Shown here: positions 26,954-39,953 of the stretch, one piece after another
Layout of the letters: the number at the start of each line of letters is the position of its first letter
Numbering within the stretch: the first letter of the stretch is position 1
DNA from: Novakomyces olei
Lineage: Eukaryota
Direction of reading: 5' to 3'
DNA length: 64,000 bases
Assembly: GCA_016906335.1 (NCBI GenBank)
Contig: JADEYG010000007.1
Location: 2,480,001 to 2,544,000, forward strand
Translations under genes and position numbers: made by a program
The notes under the pieces: generated by a model
What the model was told of the DNA's origin: nothing
Database searches by the model: none
What the model saw: only the letters and a program-made list of their open reading frames with translations

Positions 26954-27821
26954 ATGGCGCCGCAGGCTTTGTCCGATGAACAGGTATGGCAATTTAAAGT
27001 TTGGTGCTCTAATTCCTACTCAAGGTGCAAGGAGAGCTGAAAAAGATGACCTCTTTCATCATGCAAGAGGCTCTTGAAAAGGCTAAAGAAGTCCGCATAA
27101 AGGTATGTGTCGATAACAAATGCAGCCATTTTCATTGAATACTAAACCGTTTGAGGCGGACGAAGAGTTTCAAATTGAAAAGGCGAAATTGGTCCAAAAG
27201 GAGAGTGCCAAGATCGATTCTGCTTATGATGCACGCGTCAAGAAACTTGCAATGTCGCAACAGATCGCCCGATCAACTGTACTGAACAAGTCCAGATTAC
27301 GCATTCTCGCAGCACGCCAAGAGATTCTGAATACAATCTTTGAAGAGGCCCGTGGCAAACTCGACACTGCGAGTAAAGACAAGAAAAAGTATAGCGAACT
27401 GTTGAAGAATTTGATCTTGCAGGTAAGAGAATAGCCTTTTTCTAAAGACTTATTGGCAGGGCCTCTATGTTGTCGTGGAGAAATCGGTCCAGATCAAGAT
27501 CCGCGAAGCCGATAAATCGACAGTGGAGCAGGCGATCAAAGACGCGGCAGAGGCGTACAAGAAGGAACTCGATGGTGATGTCACAATCACTATTGACACT
27601 TCGGATTACCTGCCCAAAAACTCGTAAGTCTTTGCTTTCATGCTGGCTTTGTTCTAACATTTATGCCTAGAGCTGGCGGAGTTGTAATTTATGCTTTCAA
27701 CGGGAAAATCTTGGTCGATAATACGCTGGAAGAACGGCTACGGCTTTTGGAAGAACAGGCCCTTCCGTTACTGCGTACTGCTCTCTTTGGAGCCAACAAG
27801 AATAGGCGTTTTACAGAGTAA
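26954..27821 (+). CDS. VMA4: V-ATPase V1 subunit E, 5 exons
   Basis: Spliced sequence ALSDEQ|VQGELKKMTSFIMQEA.EKA.E..IK|ADEEFQIEK...LILQ|GLY...S|AGGV...NTLEERL...LFG.N.NR.F. Confidence 0.95.
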
Positions 27822-28120
27822 TTATGATTTGATTCTGTATGGCTATTACAAATTTGTTTATTATTTGCTACGTAAATGCGCACCAACGTCAAGATCCTGT
27901 ATTTAATTTGACATTCTTTTAATGCTATGATTTGTGTATATACATAATAAGGCATACAAAACAGCACGTACTTGACAGCATTGTTTCATCAAAGCGTGTG
28001 GTATCTGTATCCAGTCCTGGCTTAACTTGTTTCCGCTAGCCTTGTTTTAAATGTCCGTTTATATGTTTATTTGTTTATTTGTTGTATTTTTATTTCATTA
28101 TTTCTCCAAATGGCCCCTGC

Positions 28121-29815
28121 CTATCTTGTATTCTTTGCGTAAAACGCACTGTTTATTGCGTGCGACTGTGCTTGCGCCGCGAGCGTAAACCTTAAACGCA
28201 TCGACAGCCGATGCAATGCTTCTTTTGCTTGTGACCGCAGTAGGACTACAGCCTTTCCGTCCGAGATTGATTCTTGCACAGTCTCCAAAGCCTGTGAAAT
28301 TTGCTCTAGCAGTAGTGCCGATTGCCCTTTTTCTTCGCCGTCTTTTGTGAACGAAAACGAATGCAGCCCCATTTCTAAGAGGGCTACTTTATGAATCATT
28401 TCCCCGCATTCTGGTTCCTTGCTGCCTTCTCGCGGTACAAAGGGAGGGGCATTTAAAGCGGATAGCACTTTACCCAGTAACTTTGGCCTTTGCGTATAAA
28501 ACTTTCGACTGATGGGAGCTTCTATAAAACACGCAAGACAGTACCATTCTCTTAAACGAATCCAATCTGCGCTGGCAAAAGGTAGATTGCAGGCAATGCG
28601 CATTTGCGCTTCAACAAGACGCGTAATTGCAACCATTTCGGCTACGATTCGCTCCATAATTTCGAGTCCCCAAAACTGGTTAAACATGGAAAGAGCATCA
28701 CTCGAGCAAATGCCAACCAATTTCTCTCCAAACCAAGAATCGCCCGGAGCAGCAGCGAGACCTTTGATTATTAGAACCTGGCTTTGCTGATCGAGTTCGC
28801 CTGTTGATAATAGGAACCCTAAGACTTGGAAGAGTGCCCTAATATTCTCCATGTTTTGTGTTCTTTGTGATATTGGTATTCCACTAGCAGCCGCCTCTGA
28901 GGCTACTAGTACCCTATCCTTGAGCAGGTTGCGCACGCCTAAAAGACGGAAGCAGTTTACGACGGGGAAAGCGTAACCGGGCCCTGACTTTTCAGGTTTT
29001 GACGGATCAGAGCCTAGTCGTCTGGCCTTTAGATCCCCATCAACCTGCCGTCTTGGCAGGAAACGGTAGGCTTTCATAAGAAAGTTTTTGTGTGCTTGTA
29101 CCATGATTGGTCGCGTATCACAGCAAACTGTGGGTGAGCAATTTTGATAAATAGATAAATAGATAAATAAATAAATAAATAATTAATTAATTAGGTACAA
29201 ACAAATTGACAATGAACAAAAAAACCACGCCAACTAGCCAATGAGAAACCTACTCCCGTGCATTGCCCATATCAATAATTGCGGGTTCGGTTGTATGAGC
29301 CCGTCTGCGTATAATGCCTCTCCCTCCTCAACCGAACTAACGGGAAAAGACCGCCCTCCGCCAGACCCGTCGCCAATGGCATCAACAGGCATTTCCGGGG
29401 GTGATCCAAATCTGCAGAGACCAGGCCGGAACATTTCGTAGCATGTGCTATGCGTGTACGCGTCTAATCGGTGCAGGACAGACAATACTTGCTGACCATT
29501 TGACATTGACGCGACATCGGCACTTGTTAGCTGCTCTAATCGTGTACCAACACGACTTTCGCGAACACGAGCGCGTTCCTGTCGATCATCGACGGCCTTT
29601 ATTGCCTCTGAAACATGCAGAGTCTCCTGCCTCCGCCGCTGCTTTGCTGCCAGTAACGACTTTAGATCAAATTGGTACTTGTTTTGTGAAAGCGATGGCG
29701 GCTTTGAATTTTCGTCTCCCCCATCGCCCAGTGACCTGTACCGTTTTGCACGTGGAACGGAACTACCGCGATGGGGCGAAGGCGGCGAAAGCCTTTTGCC
29801 GTCTCTTTGTTTCAT
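28121..29815 (-). CDS. Uncharacterised protein, possibly an Smc5/6 loader subunit (Nse6/SLF2-like), 2 exons
   Basis: Two ORFs join in frame through a GTAGGT...CACAG intron (~29253-29129). The N-terminus is basic and disordered (FDLKSLL) and the C-terminus is helical (ISDGKA...RSQAKEALHRLSMRL). The family call is from recalled resemblance only. Confidence 0.6.
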
Positions 29816-29879
29816 GTGATGCAGGCCGGAACTTCATTAGGCTTCAGCGATTAATATTATATTATAGCAGTTAGTCAAT

Positions 29880-30190
29880 AATTTTTATTCATTTATTATT
29901 ATTTATTCAATTCATTATTCATTATATTCATTGTATTCATTGTATTCATTATATTCATTATATTCATTATATTCATTATATTCATTATATTCATTATATT
30001 CATTATATTCATTATTCACTACTATTATTCATTATATTCATTATATTCATTATTTATTCATTATTTACTCATTATTTATTCATTATTTACTCATTATTTA
30101 TTCATTAATATTCATTATCTATTCATATTTCATTATTCATTATCTATTCATATTTCATTATTCATTATTCATTACTTTATTCATTATTAA
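29880..30190. repeat. AT-rich (TTCATTATA)n and degenerate TTCATTA repeats in a divergent promoter
   Basis: Perfect 9-bp units at ~29945-30015 decay into related units on either side. Confidence 0.85.
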
Positions 30191-30570
30191 TACATATTGT
30201 TTATAACTTGTATATAAATTTATCCAAATCGTATCCGCGTTCGTATAACATGCGACGTACGTCCTTCACAATCTCGCATTAATAATACTCGATCTAGTCA
30301 CGTGACCTTCTTACTTGTGCCGGATAAATCGGAGGCTATGAAATGGGATAAGAATAAAGGAAGGAATACGAGTAAAAGAAAGGTAAGAAGAAATAGGGAG
30401 AGAATAATAGGTAAGAAATAGGGAAAGAATAGGATACAATAAAGGATACGGTATAGGATAAAACAAATAGTAGAAAACAGAGGATAAAAAATCCTAATGT
30501 TGCTAGCCCCGTAGGCCGGCGTAATCAATCCACACTTTGCCTTCCATATTGCTTGCAACAGGCGGCGAGA

Positions 30571-33500
30571 ATGGCGCGGCTGCGATGGGCCTCGAGCCGC
30601 TATGCGCACGGCAGAGCCGGCCATTCCAATTTCCTGCGCAAGCTGAGTATGAGGCGCAAAGGCGCAGCAGGACAGTCATCAGTGCCTCAGCTGAGCACAG
30701 TGCCCGAGTCCGGGACAGTGCCGGAGGCAGCGGGCGGAGATAAGGAGGCAGGCGGAGATAAAGGAGGCAGCGGCGATAAGGAGGCGCCCATGTTCCCGCA
30801 GAGCGAAGGCCGAGCGGGAGACTCGGCGTTTGACTCGGCGTTTGAGCTGCAGAGCTACGACGGCTTCGGCGCCGGAGAGGATGCTTCCGCCGGCGAAGCA
30901 GCGGGCGGAGAGCAGCCGCAGCCGCCGCGCAAGATCCATATAAACTGCCCTCTGTCGCCAGAAATGCTGGACGAAGGAGGGCAGCCGTCGGCGGAGTATG
31001 CCCGCAACAAGATCCAGACGGCCAAGTATACGCCTCTCACGTTTGTACCCAAAAACCTGTTTCTGCAGTTCCATAATATCGCCAATATATACTTTTTGCT
31101 GCTCGTTATCTTGCAATGCTTCTCCATCTTTGGCTCAACGAACCCGGGTCTTTCGGCAGTGCCGCTTATCTGTATCGTTGTTATTACAGGAATCAAGGAC
31201 GCGATTGAGGATACGCGTCGTACAATCCTCGACAACGAGGTCAACAATGAAAAAGTGTACAAACTGCAAAACTGGCACAATGTCAATATCGCGTCTGAGC
31301 ACGTTAGTGTATGGCGCCGGTTCAAAAAGGCCGTCTCCCATACTCTGCAGAGATGGTACTTTAAATCACGTGGCCGCGAGCAGGAAATGCACGATTTGCA
31401 GAGGATCAGCACTTTTCGCATGTCGCAGGAGGCTCCTGACCGCAGCGGCGGCCGACGGTCGACAGCCTCACGGCCGTCGGCAGAGTATCTGCCCCGACGG
31501 TCGCTGGAACAGCTGCAGGGGAGTGTAGCCCATTCTTCTGCGGCAATTACAGCTCCGTCTTTAACGCCTCGAGCGTCAGTGGATACTGTCAATGGAAATG
31601 CTTATGGAAATGCTTATGCCAATGGCAATGCCAATGCTTATGGCGGCAGCAATCTGCGCCGGCTCGATTCAAACGACAGCTACTTGGCAGGCAGAGCTCG
31701 GCTGGAAAAGATCCCGTCACGGTTCACGGGCAAGCTGGACGATGAGGAGGAGGCAGACGCAGACGGAGCAGGAGCAGAGCCGGTGCCGAGCGTGATTGAC
31801 AGGTACAAGCAGGTCCCCGGCAAAGCTCGGTTCAAGACGACGTTCTGGAAGAACGTCAAAGTAGGCGATCTGGTCCGGATTGGGTCGGACGAGGCAATCC
31901 CCGCAGACGTGGCGGTCTTGTCGACATCGGAGCCGGACGGCATTTGCTTTGTAGAGACGAAAAACCTGGACGGCGAGACAAACTTGAAGCTGAGGAACGC
32001 TCTTCAGTGTGGGCAAAAGATCCGGACAGAGGCAGACTGTGAGGCGGCCACGTTTGTGATTGAGAGCGAAGCGCCCTCGCCGGACCTGTACCACTACACT
32101 GGCGTAGTCAAGTGGACCGTCCGTGATCCAAGCAGCCCTGAGCTGGACGGCAGTTTGAATGCAGAGCCGATAGATATAAACAATATGCTCCTCCGTGGCT
32201 GTTCCCTGCGCAACACGAAATGGGTTATTGGAGTCGTCGTGTACACTGGCGCAGACACAAAGATCATTATGAATGCGGGAATTACGCCCACAAAGCGGAG
32301 CAAAATCTCTCGGGAGCTGAACTGGACAGTTATTACAAATTTTGTGCTGCTCTTTTGCATGTGCCTCGTAGCGGGCGTTATTGCCGGAGTAAAGTCCCGT
32401 AATACCCGGGCAACTGCCTACGTCTTTGACGATGGCCTGCCCGGAGGCAGCCCGGCCAGCTACGGAGTCATCTCCTTCTTTGTCGCCATTATCCTGTTCC
32501 AGAACCTGGTGCCCATTTCGCTCTACATCTCGATCGAGATTGTCAAGACGATCCAGGCCTTTTTCATCTACAGCGACCACTACATGTACTACGACAAGAT
32601 CAACTACCCTTGCACCCCGAAATCATGGAACATCAGCGACGATCTGGGCCAGATCGAGTACATCTTTAGCGACAAGACGGGCACTCTGACGCAGAACGTT
32701 ATGGAGTTTCGCAAGTGCAGTATAAACGGACGGCAGTATGGGGAAGCTTATACGGAGGCTCAAGCAGGAATGGACAAGCGTAGAAACATTGACGTTGCTG
32801 CTCAGCAAAAGCTGATGCGGGCACATATTGCACAGTGCAAAGCAGAGATGCTGGAGCTGCTGGACGCTAGTGTGCAAAAGTATATGGACCCCAATACCCT
32901 TACCTTTGTATCGGCCCAGTTTGCTCGAGATATAAGGGACAAGGGCAGCGAGCAGCAGCAAAAGATGCACGAGTTCATGTTTGCCTTGGCCGTGTGCCAC
33001 ACGGTCGTCTCTGAGCGGCAGGACGATGGCTCGCTCGAGTACAAGGCACAGTCGCCCGACGAGGCGGCTCTCGTAGCACTCGCTCGAGACTTGGGCTATG
33101 TGCTGCTGGCCCGGTCTCAGCGAGAGATTACGCTCTCCATCTGCGGCCGGAGGGAGCGTCATTCGCTGCTGGACGTTATCGAGTTCAATTCCGATCGGAA
33201 ACGGATGAGCGTAATTGCCAGAGTCCGGGGCCAAATTGTCCTGTACTGTAAGGGCGCCGACAATGTCGTGCTCGAGCGATTGGCTCCAGGACAGGAGACG
33301 GTCGTGGCCAAGACGCTGGCGGACCTGGAAGAGTTCTCTGCCGAGGGCCTAAGGACACTGTGTATTGCCTCCCGCATTTTGACAGACTTGGAGTATTCGG
33401 CGTGGAAGGAGAAGCTGCGGCTAGTGTCCAGCGAGCTGGAGGACAGGGACGCTAAAATGCTGCAGGTTGGAGCAGAGATTGAGCAGAATCTGACTCTGCT

Positions 33501-34256
33501 TGGAGGCACTGCCATCGAGGACAGATTGCAAGACGGAGTGCCGGACGCTATTGCCACACTCGGCGAAGCAGGGATAAAGCTGTGGGTTCTTACGGGGGAC
33601 AAAGTAGAGACGGCTATTAATATCGGCTACTCGTGCAATCTGCTGCGCAACGAGATGTACACTATGCTCCTCACGGATATTGCTTCTGCTCAAGAGGCAG
33701 AGCAAAGGGTGTCAGAGTACCTGCAAGCCGAGTTTCAGCTGAGCGGCAGTGACGCTGACCTTAAAGCCGCTCAGCAGGATCATACGCCTCCGCCACAGAC
33801 ACATGCGCTCGTTATTGATGGAGGATCTTTACGACTAGTGCTGCAGACGGACAGTGTCAGGCAAAAGTTTTTGCTGCTCTGTAAAAACTGCCGCTCCGTC
33901 GTCTGCTGCCGAGTGAGTCCGGCTCAAAAGGCGGCCGTTACAGAGATGGTCAAGCGTGGACTGCAGGTGATGACGCTCGCTATCGGCGACGGTGCTAACG
34001 ACGTCGCCATGATTCAGGCTGCCGATGTGGGTATCGGAATCGCTGGCGAAGAGGGCCGCCAGGCCGTTATGTCTGCCGACTATGCTATCGGCCAGTTCCG
34101 GTTCCTCCTCCGGCTCCTGCTCGTCCATGGCCGGTGGGACTACCGCCGCCTTTCAGAGATGATTGCCAATTTTTTTTACAAGGTATGTTGATTTGTCATT
34201 GTATTGTTCTGTTCCAATTGTGTTGTCTTTGTGTTGTAGTTTGTCTGTAGTTTGCC

Positions 34257-34345
<89 letters not shown>

Positions 34346-36157
34346 TTGTCTTTGTCTGTTACTGTCTTTTGTCTGTTACTGTCTATTACTGTCCTTTGTC
34401 TGTTACTGTCTTTTGTCTATTACTGTCTATTACTGTCTATTACTGTCCTTTGTCTATTACTGTCTATTACTGTCCTTTGTCTATTACTGTCTATTACTGT
34501 CTATTACTGTCTATTACTGTCTATTACTGTCTATTACTGTCTATTGTCTATTGTCTATTGTCCATTGTCTATTGTCTGCTGTCTATTGTCTATTGTCTAT
34601 TGTCTATTGTCTATTGTCTATTGTCTATTGTCTATTGTCTATTGTCTATTGTCTATTGTCTATTGTCTATTGTCTATTGTCTGCTGTCTATTGTTATTGT
34701 CTATTGTCTATTGTCTATTGTCTATTGTCTATTGTCTATTGTCTATTGTCTATTGTCTATTGTCTATTGTCTGCTGTCTATTGTCTATTGTCTATTGTCT
34801 ATTGTCTATTGTCTATTGTCTGCTGTCTATTGTCTATTGTCTATTGTCTGCTGTCTATTGTCTATTGTCTATTGTCTATTGTCTATTGTCTATTGTCTGC
34901 TGCCTATTGTTATTGTCTATTGTCTATTGTCTATTTCCTTGTTTGCTATTACTATTGCACGGATCTAACAAGCAGAGCGTCGTATGGACATTTATCCTGT
35001 TTTGGTACCAAATCTACACGGGCTTCGACGGGTACTATATCTTTGACTATACGTACATCCTCCTGATCAATTTGGCGTTCACTTCGCTGCCCGTCATCTT
35101 CCTCGGTATCCTGGACCAGGATCTGAGCGACAAGGTATCGCTCAAAGTGCCGCAGGTCTATGCCCGTGGCATCCTGGGCCTGGAGTGGACAGACACCAAG
35201 TTTTGGGTGTACATGTTTGAGGGCCTGTACCAGTCCGTGATTTGCTTCTTTTTGCCCTTTTGCCTCTGGCGGGACGCTCACAAGGTTTCACAGAACGGAC
35301 TGGACGCCAACGGCATCAGCGATATGGGCGTCTTCTTTGCCACTCCAGCCATCCTTGTCATGAACACGTTTGTCCTTATGAACCAGTACAAGTGGGACTG
35401 CGTGAGCTTGGGCATTTGGTGGTTCAGTATCCTCATTTTTTACTTTTGGAACGGCGTCTATTCCCAGTTCACCTCCACCATCGGCTTCTACCAGGTCAGC
35501 TACAGATCTCTCGGCCTCTGCTCTTACTGGGCCCTCATGTTTGCCGTTGTTGCCGCCTGCCTGCTCCCACGGTTCTGTGTCCTTATCGTCCGCAAGTTTT
35601 ACTACCCCACCGACGTGGATATTATCAGGGAACAAGTGTCGATGGGCCACTTTGACTACCTCGCCGACGAGGACAGTGGCCACAGCGATTCAGCTGGAGC
35701 CAATGGGAAAAGAGGTGACAATTCGGCGGGGAAAGATCTCGACGATTCCTCCAACGAGTCTCAGCACGCGACCCGTCGGCCGAGCGATGAGCTGCCAATA
35801 AACCGGAGCCGATCGGGAACGCTCGATGTTGGCAGTGATGGGTATATGCAGAAGCGATCGAGTCGGCAGACGGATCACACGTCCGAGACGTTCCCGAGCA
35901 ATATGGACGTTGATTTGGCTATGCTGAACGACGGTGCCACCAATTTTGGAGGCGAAACGGGCGATGAATCTAAGCTGAATGCCCAGATTGCCTCGCTTGA
36001 ACGGATCGATCTCAGCGACGTTGATTTGCGAGCTCAGCCGGATCTGAACCACAGTCGCCCGTTCAGCGACGATGGCGGTTCCAGCTTGTACGACAAGAGT
36101 AGCAACTATGACAAGATCAAGGCTGGTTCCGATCTTGAGGATCCGTTCAGGGGATGA
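30571..36157 (+). CDS. DNF1: P4-type ATPase phospholipid flippase (Dnf1/Dnf2 family), 2 exons
   Basis: Motifs RNKI.TAKYTPLTF.PKNL, ETKNLDGETNLK, FSDKTGTLTQN, AQSPDEAALV, GTAIEDRLQDGVP, IGDGANDVAMIQ and FYK|SVVWT. Intron at 34183-34975. Confidence 0.95.
34257..34935. repeat. Compound microsatellite filling the DNF intron: (TGTC)n, then (TGTCTATTAC)n, then (TATTGTC)n
   Basis: Directly visible nested tandem units spanning about 680 bp. Confidence 0.95.
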
Positions 36158-36871
36158 GATTTTTAGGGTGCTTGTTTGCCTATTCCTGATTTATTTGCTG
36201 CCTTTTTTTTGTGTGTGTGCCATTTGTGTGCCATTTGTGTGCCATTTGTGCAATTGCCGTCCTATCCTCCAACTCTCTGCTCTTTTTATTACTATACTTT
36301 TTTCTGTCTCTTTGTTTTTGATCTAGTCTATAAATGTGCCTTGTTCTTTTGTACATTTAAAATGTTTTAGGGCTATAAATGAATGGTGTATAATATATAC
36401 GTTTGCGTGAACTAGATACGGCTCAAATCCATAGAGGTACGGGTCAAATCGGAAGTAGAGCAGGTGCTGCGTGTAGCATTGGTAGACGAGAACGGGCGTC
36501 GAGTGTAGCATTGGTATACCGGCAAGTCTCGGGTTGTTAAAAATGTCCAAGCTGGAGACGAGATTGAAAACTAGACCAGATAATGCGAGTTAGGGTTAAC
36601 CGCAATAGGACACACGAGGAGTCTAATCATGAAATAAAGTGGTAGCGCCAGTTTAGCTGACTGATATTCGATTTGTGTTTATTAACCACAGTGCAATGCT
36701 CGACTATATTCCCTACGAAAAACAACAAAACAATGTCGGAATGAGATATATGATTGCGTAAACAAAAACAAAAAAGAATCAAAACAAACGCATCACAACA
36801 CAAACAAGTTTGAGCATGATAATGATGATGATATGATCATAAATGTCGTTAAATTTGGACCGACTCGTGGC

Positions 36872-39022
36872 TTAAAACATAGTTCCAAAGCTGGCCTCAG
36901 CTGGTCGCGAAAGAATGCTGGCGTTATTAGCAGCAGAATTACTTTTCTGATGCCGAAAAGTGAATCCGACAAAGGCATTCGGCTTCATTTTTTCGCCGTT
37001 TCGATCAACAGCAGCCTCAATCTCTTTTTGCTTCCGGTGAATGTCCTTGTATTTCGACATATCATTCTCGTTCGTAAAATCATCAAAGTAACCGGCGTCA
37101 AGCTCGTTTGAAAGTTCTGGAACAAACGGGGGTCTCAAGGATCCAGAGCGTAAACTGCTCCAATCGTAACCTCGGAAATAATCGTGCGCTTTAACTTCAT
37201 TGAGATTCTTAAGACGTTTTTCTTTATATGTGACGCAGCTGGTTACAAGGTCCCAGGCCTCGTCCAATAGATTAAATTCTAAATCACAAGGATCTGTGTA
37301 TACAGGCCGATGCAGCCTCTTGGGCCAGTCTTTAAGGTTCTTCCAGGTCTCTTGCACACTTGCACCCGCAAAGGGAGGATAGCCAGAGAGACACTCAAAG
37401 ATGATTGTTCCAAGAGACCAATAGTCCACAGTATAATCGTACTCTTTACCCTCTAAAACTTCCGGCGCCATATAGTCCGGTGAACCTACAACGGAGTGAG
37501 CCTGTTGCGTTAGTACTGCATTACCATTGTTTGCTCTTGCATCTATTGATTTTTGTTTTCCGGTGTTGAATCTTCTTTTGGTTTTAATTGCTTCTTTTTC
37601 GTGTGCTTCATCACCAGTTGACTTACATAGGTCGGATTCTCGGCGCGCATTGTCTGATACATTATCCGGCGCTCACGGAAAGTCCTTTCCGCCACATACA
37701 TATCCTTGGCCTCCTGCAATTTGATACGAAGTGAGTCTATTTTCTGGGAATTGATAATGCCCGAGGCAAGACCGAAATCTGTCAGTTTTATGTGCCCAGT
37801 ATTGTCGATAAGGAAATTCTGTTTGGTTAGTATCGTCCAAAAAAGAATAGAGTCAAAATATTAATTAGTTAAAAGAACGAATAATAAAGCAAACAAAGCA
37901 TTGCCCACTCACCTCTGGTTTAAGATCCCGATGAATGTAGCCAAGTGAATGCAGAGCATTGACAGCGAGAAACATTTCTGATGCGTAAAATTTGGCATGG
38001 CAGTCGCGTAAGACTCCACTGTTGCAGAGCAGAGTTCTGAAATCCCCACCTGCCACGTATTCCATAGCGAAATAAATGCTAGAATTGTCTTGAAACGCGT
38101 ACAACAACTTGACCAGCCACGGACTATCGGCATTTGTTAGAATATCGCGCTCGGTCAAGATGTGTTTAATTTCATCCAGCTTGTGAATGACCTTTTTTCG
38201 CATAACTTTTAGTGCTACTACTTCGCGCGTGTCCTTTTTGCGTGCGAGATATACAGCACCGTATCCGCCTTGCCCTACTTGCGAGATTACTTGGAAATCA
38301 CGGAAAGTTATCTTTGTCCGACGTTTACGAAGGTACGAACGCTCTTTACCGCAATACCGTATCCATTCACGCTCGCGTTCTTCCTCTGGTCTTTGCTCGT
38401 TGATTTGTAGGAATTTCGCGTAACGTTTTTGACGCTGATTCAAGTACCGTAGCTGATCAAAGTAATGATCCAGAAAGACTAATGTAGTCAGCAAAAAGGT
38501 CTAAACTGAGATTATATGGGTAAACGGTGGAAACTCCCCCCCAAAAAAAATAAAATACAAAATAGCCATACACAATTGGCACACAGTCGCCATGCGCCGA
38601 GTATTAGGATGCTGAAGCAATTCCAATTGCTCCGGAGTAATTTCATTGTTAGAATGGGCAACGGCCGAATGCAAAGCCTCTTGATCGCGATCTCTTAGAT
38701 TTGCAATAGCGTCACTGCTCTCCGACGGAGATCCAACAGGCGAATGATGTGGGTGTTCTGCTTGAGCTCTAGCAGGTTCAATTTGACTTGTGGGTGCGGC
38801 TTTATTACGCCCTTTGCCAAAGAAATCAATGTTCTTTGAGGGCGATGTTTCCTTTTCGTTTTCTTTGCCTCCAAGCCTCAAATTGCTGAGACCACCCGTC
38901 ATTGCATCCAGACCAAACATTGCCGCCATTCCGGAATCGCGAGCTTTAGATTTTGGTGGCGTCTGTGGCAGCTCTAAAGGCTCTTGGCCTCTGTTCGCGG
39001 GGGAAAGCACTCTGGGCCCCAT
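36872..39022 (-). CDS. DBF2: NDR/LATS-family kinase Sid2/Dbf2, 4 exons
   Basis: Motifs [73 protein letters not shown] and FVGFTFRH. Confidence 0.93.
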
Positions 39023-39073
39023 CGTTATGTTGGGTATATGCACGAAGCGATCTAATTCTATTTCTTATTTATA

Positions 39074-39213
39074 TGTTTATTTACTTGCTGCTGAACGGGT
39101 CACGTGATAGACGTCATTGGTTGCCATGGCAACGCACGCACGAAATCTAAGCCGTTGCGGAATTATGGATCTGTCGATATATCGATATACTTTTTGCACC
39201 ATAAAAGTAAACA
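39074..39213. promoter_or_regulatory. Cluster of RFX X-box, forkhead, E-box, CRE and CCAAT sites upstream of SID2/DBF2
   Basis: Perfect palindrome GTTGCCATGGCAAC at 39120-39133, GTAAACA at 39207-39213, TGTTTATTTAC at 39074-39084, CACGTG at 39101-39106 and GACGTCAT at 39110-39117. Confidence 0.7.
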
Positions 39214-39953
39214 AAGTAAACTGGGGAGACAATTAATGTACGTCAAGAGTATGGTTTCGATACTTTGCCATATTTATATAATATTTGGAATGGCAATGCG
39301 CCACGCGCCGCGCCTTTCAGTCGGAGTCTCGTGTCGAATAGGATCGCGATCCTTGCCCCATAATGTCTCATCGTTTTCGTTAATGGACAGGACGCGTTTC
39401 ATAGAGAGCAGATTTAGCCGATCGCGTCTTGTTTTACTCGTACTATCAGTGAAGCCCAAACTAAATAATAAAATGGAGAATAAAACAATGCTTCAAAGCC
39501 CTTTATTGGTTAGCAGCAAATACAGAAGTGGCGCAACAGGGGTGAAAGAGTCGTTCTCCTGCGTACTTTTTTCAATTTTAATTTTTTTCAATTTTCATCA
39601 AGCCAATACTCTGTGCTTTGGCGCTACAATAGCTTGATTTGAAACCTACGTTGTGAACGTTCGATCGCTCCATTTTTTCACTAAACGAAGGAGGAAAGGC
39701 CGAAAAGATTTTGGCGTTTGCTCTAAACACGGCGGGCGAGTCTATGGTCATCAAAAAAATTAGTTCGTGAACTCAAGATCTAAATCATAATTGTAAGTGT
39801 TTTAGAAAGAACTAACTACATTCAGTGGTTTGAAGGAATAAAAATATAAGTTCGATTACAGACAACGAATTCTGAACAATTCTTTCATAAACGAGTAGAA
39901 CCCGAAAGCTATACAAACGACAAGAGAGCTACTTCTTCCAAGCCAAAGCAAAA

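Noticed and set aside
30338..30561. Possible extra upstream DNF exon (ATG 30338, GTAAGA 30383, CAG 30561; in frame)
   Set aside because: There is no good branch site near the acceptor, the sequence is low-complexity, and the phase match has a one-in-three chance. Not excluded without cDNA.
34163..35066. LLSIVYC-repeat membrane-protein ORFs
   Set aside because: These are stop-free frames of the intronic TATTGTC repeat; the true DNF frame is restored by splicing 34183-34975.
36620..36690. tRNA-like words (AGTGGTAGCGC...ATTCGATT)
   Set aside because: No cloverleaf and no proper B-box.
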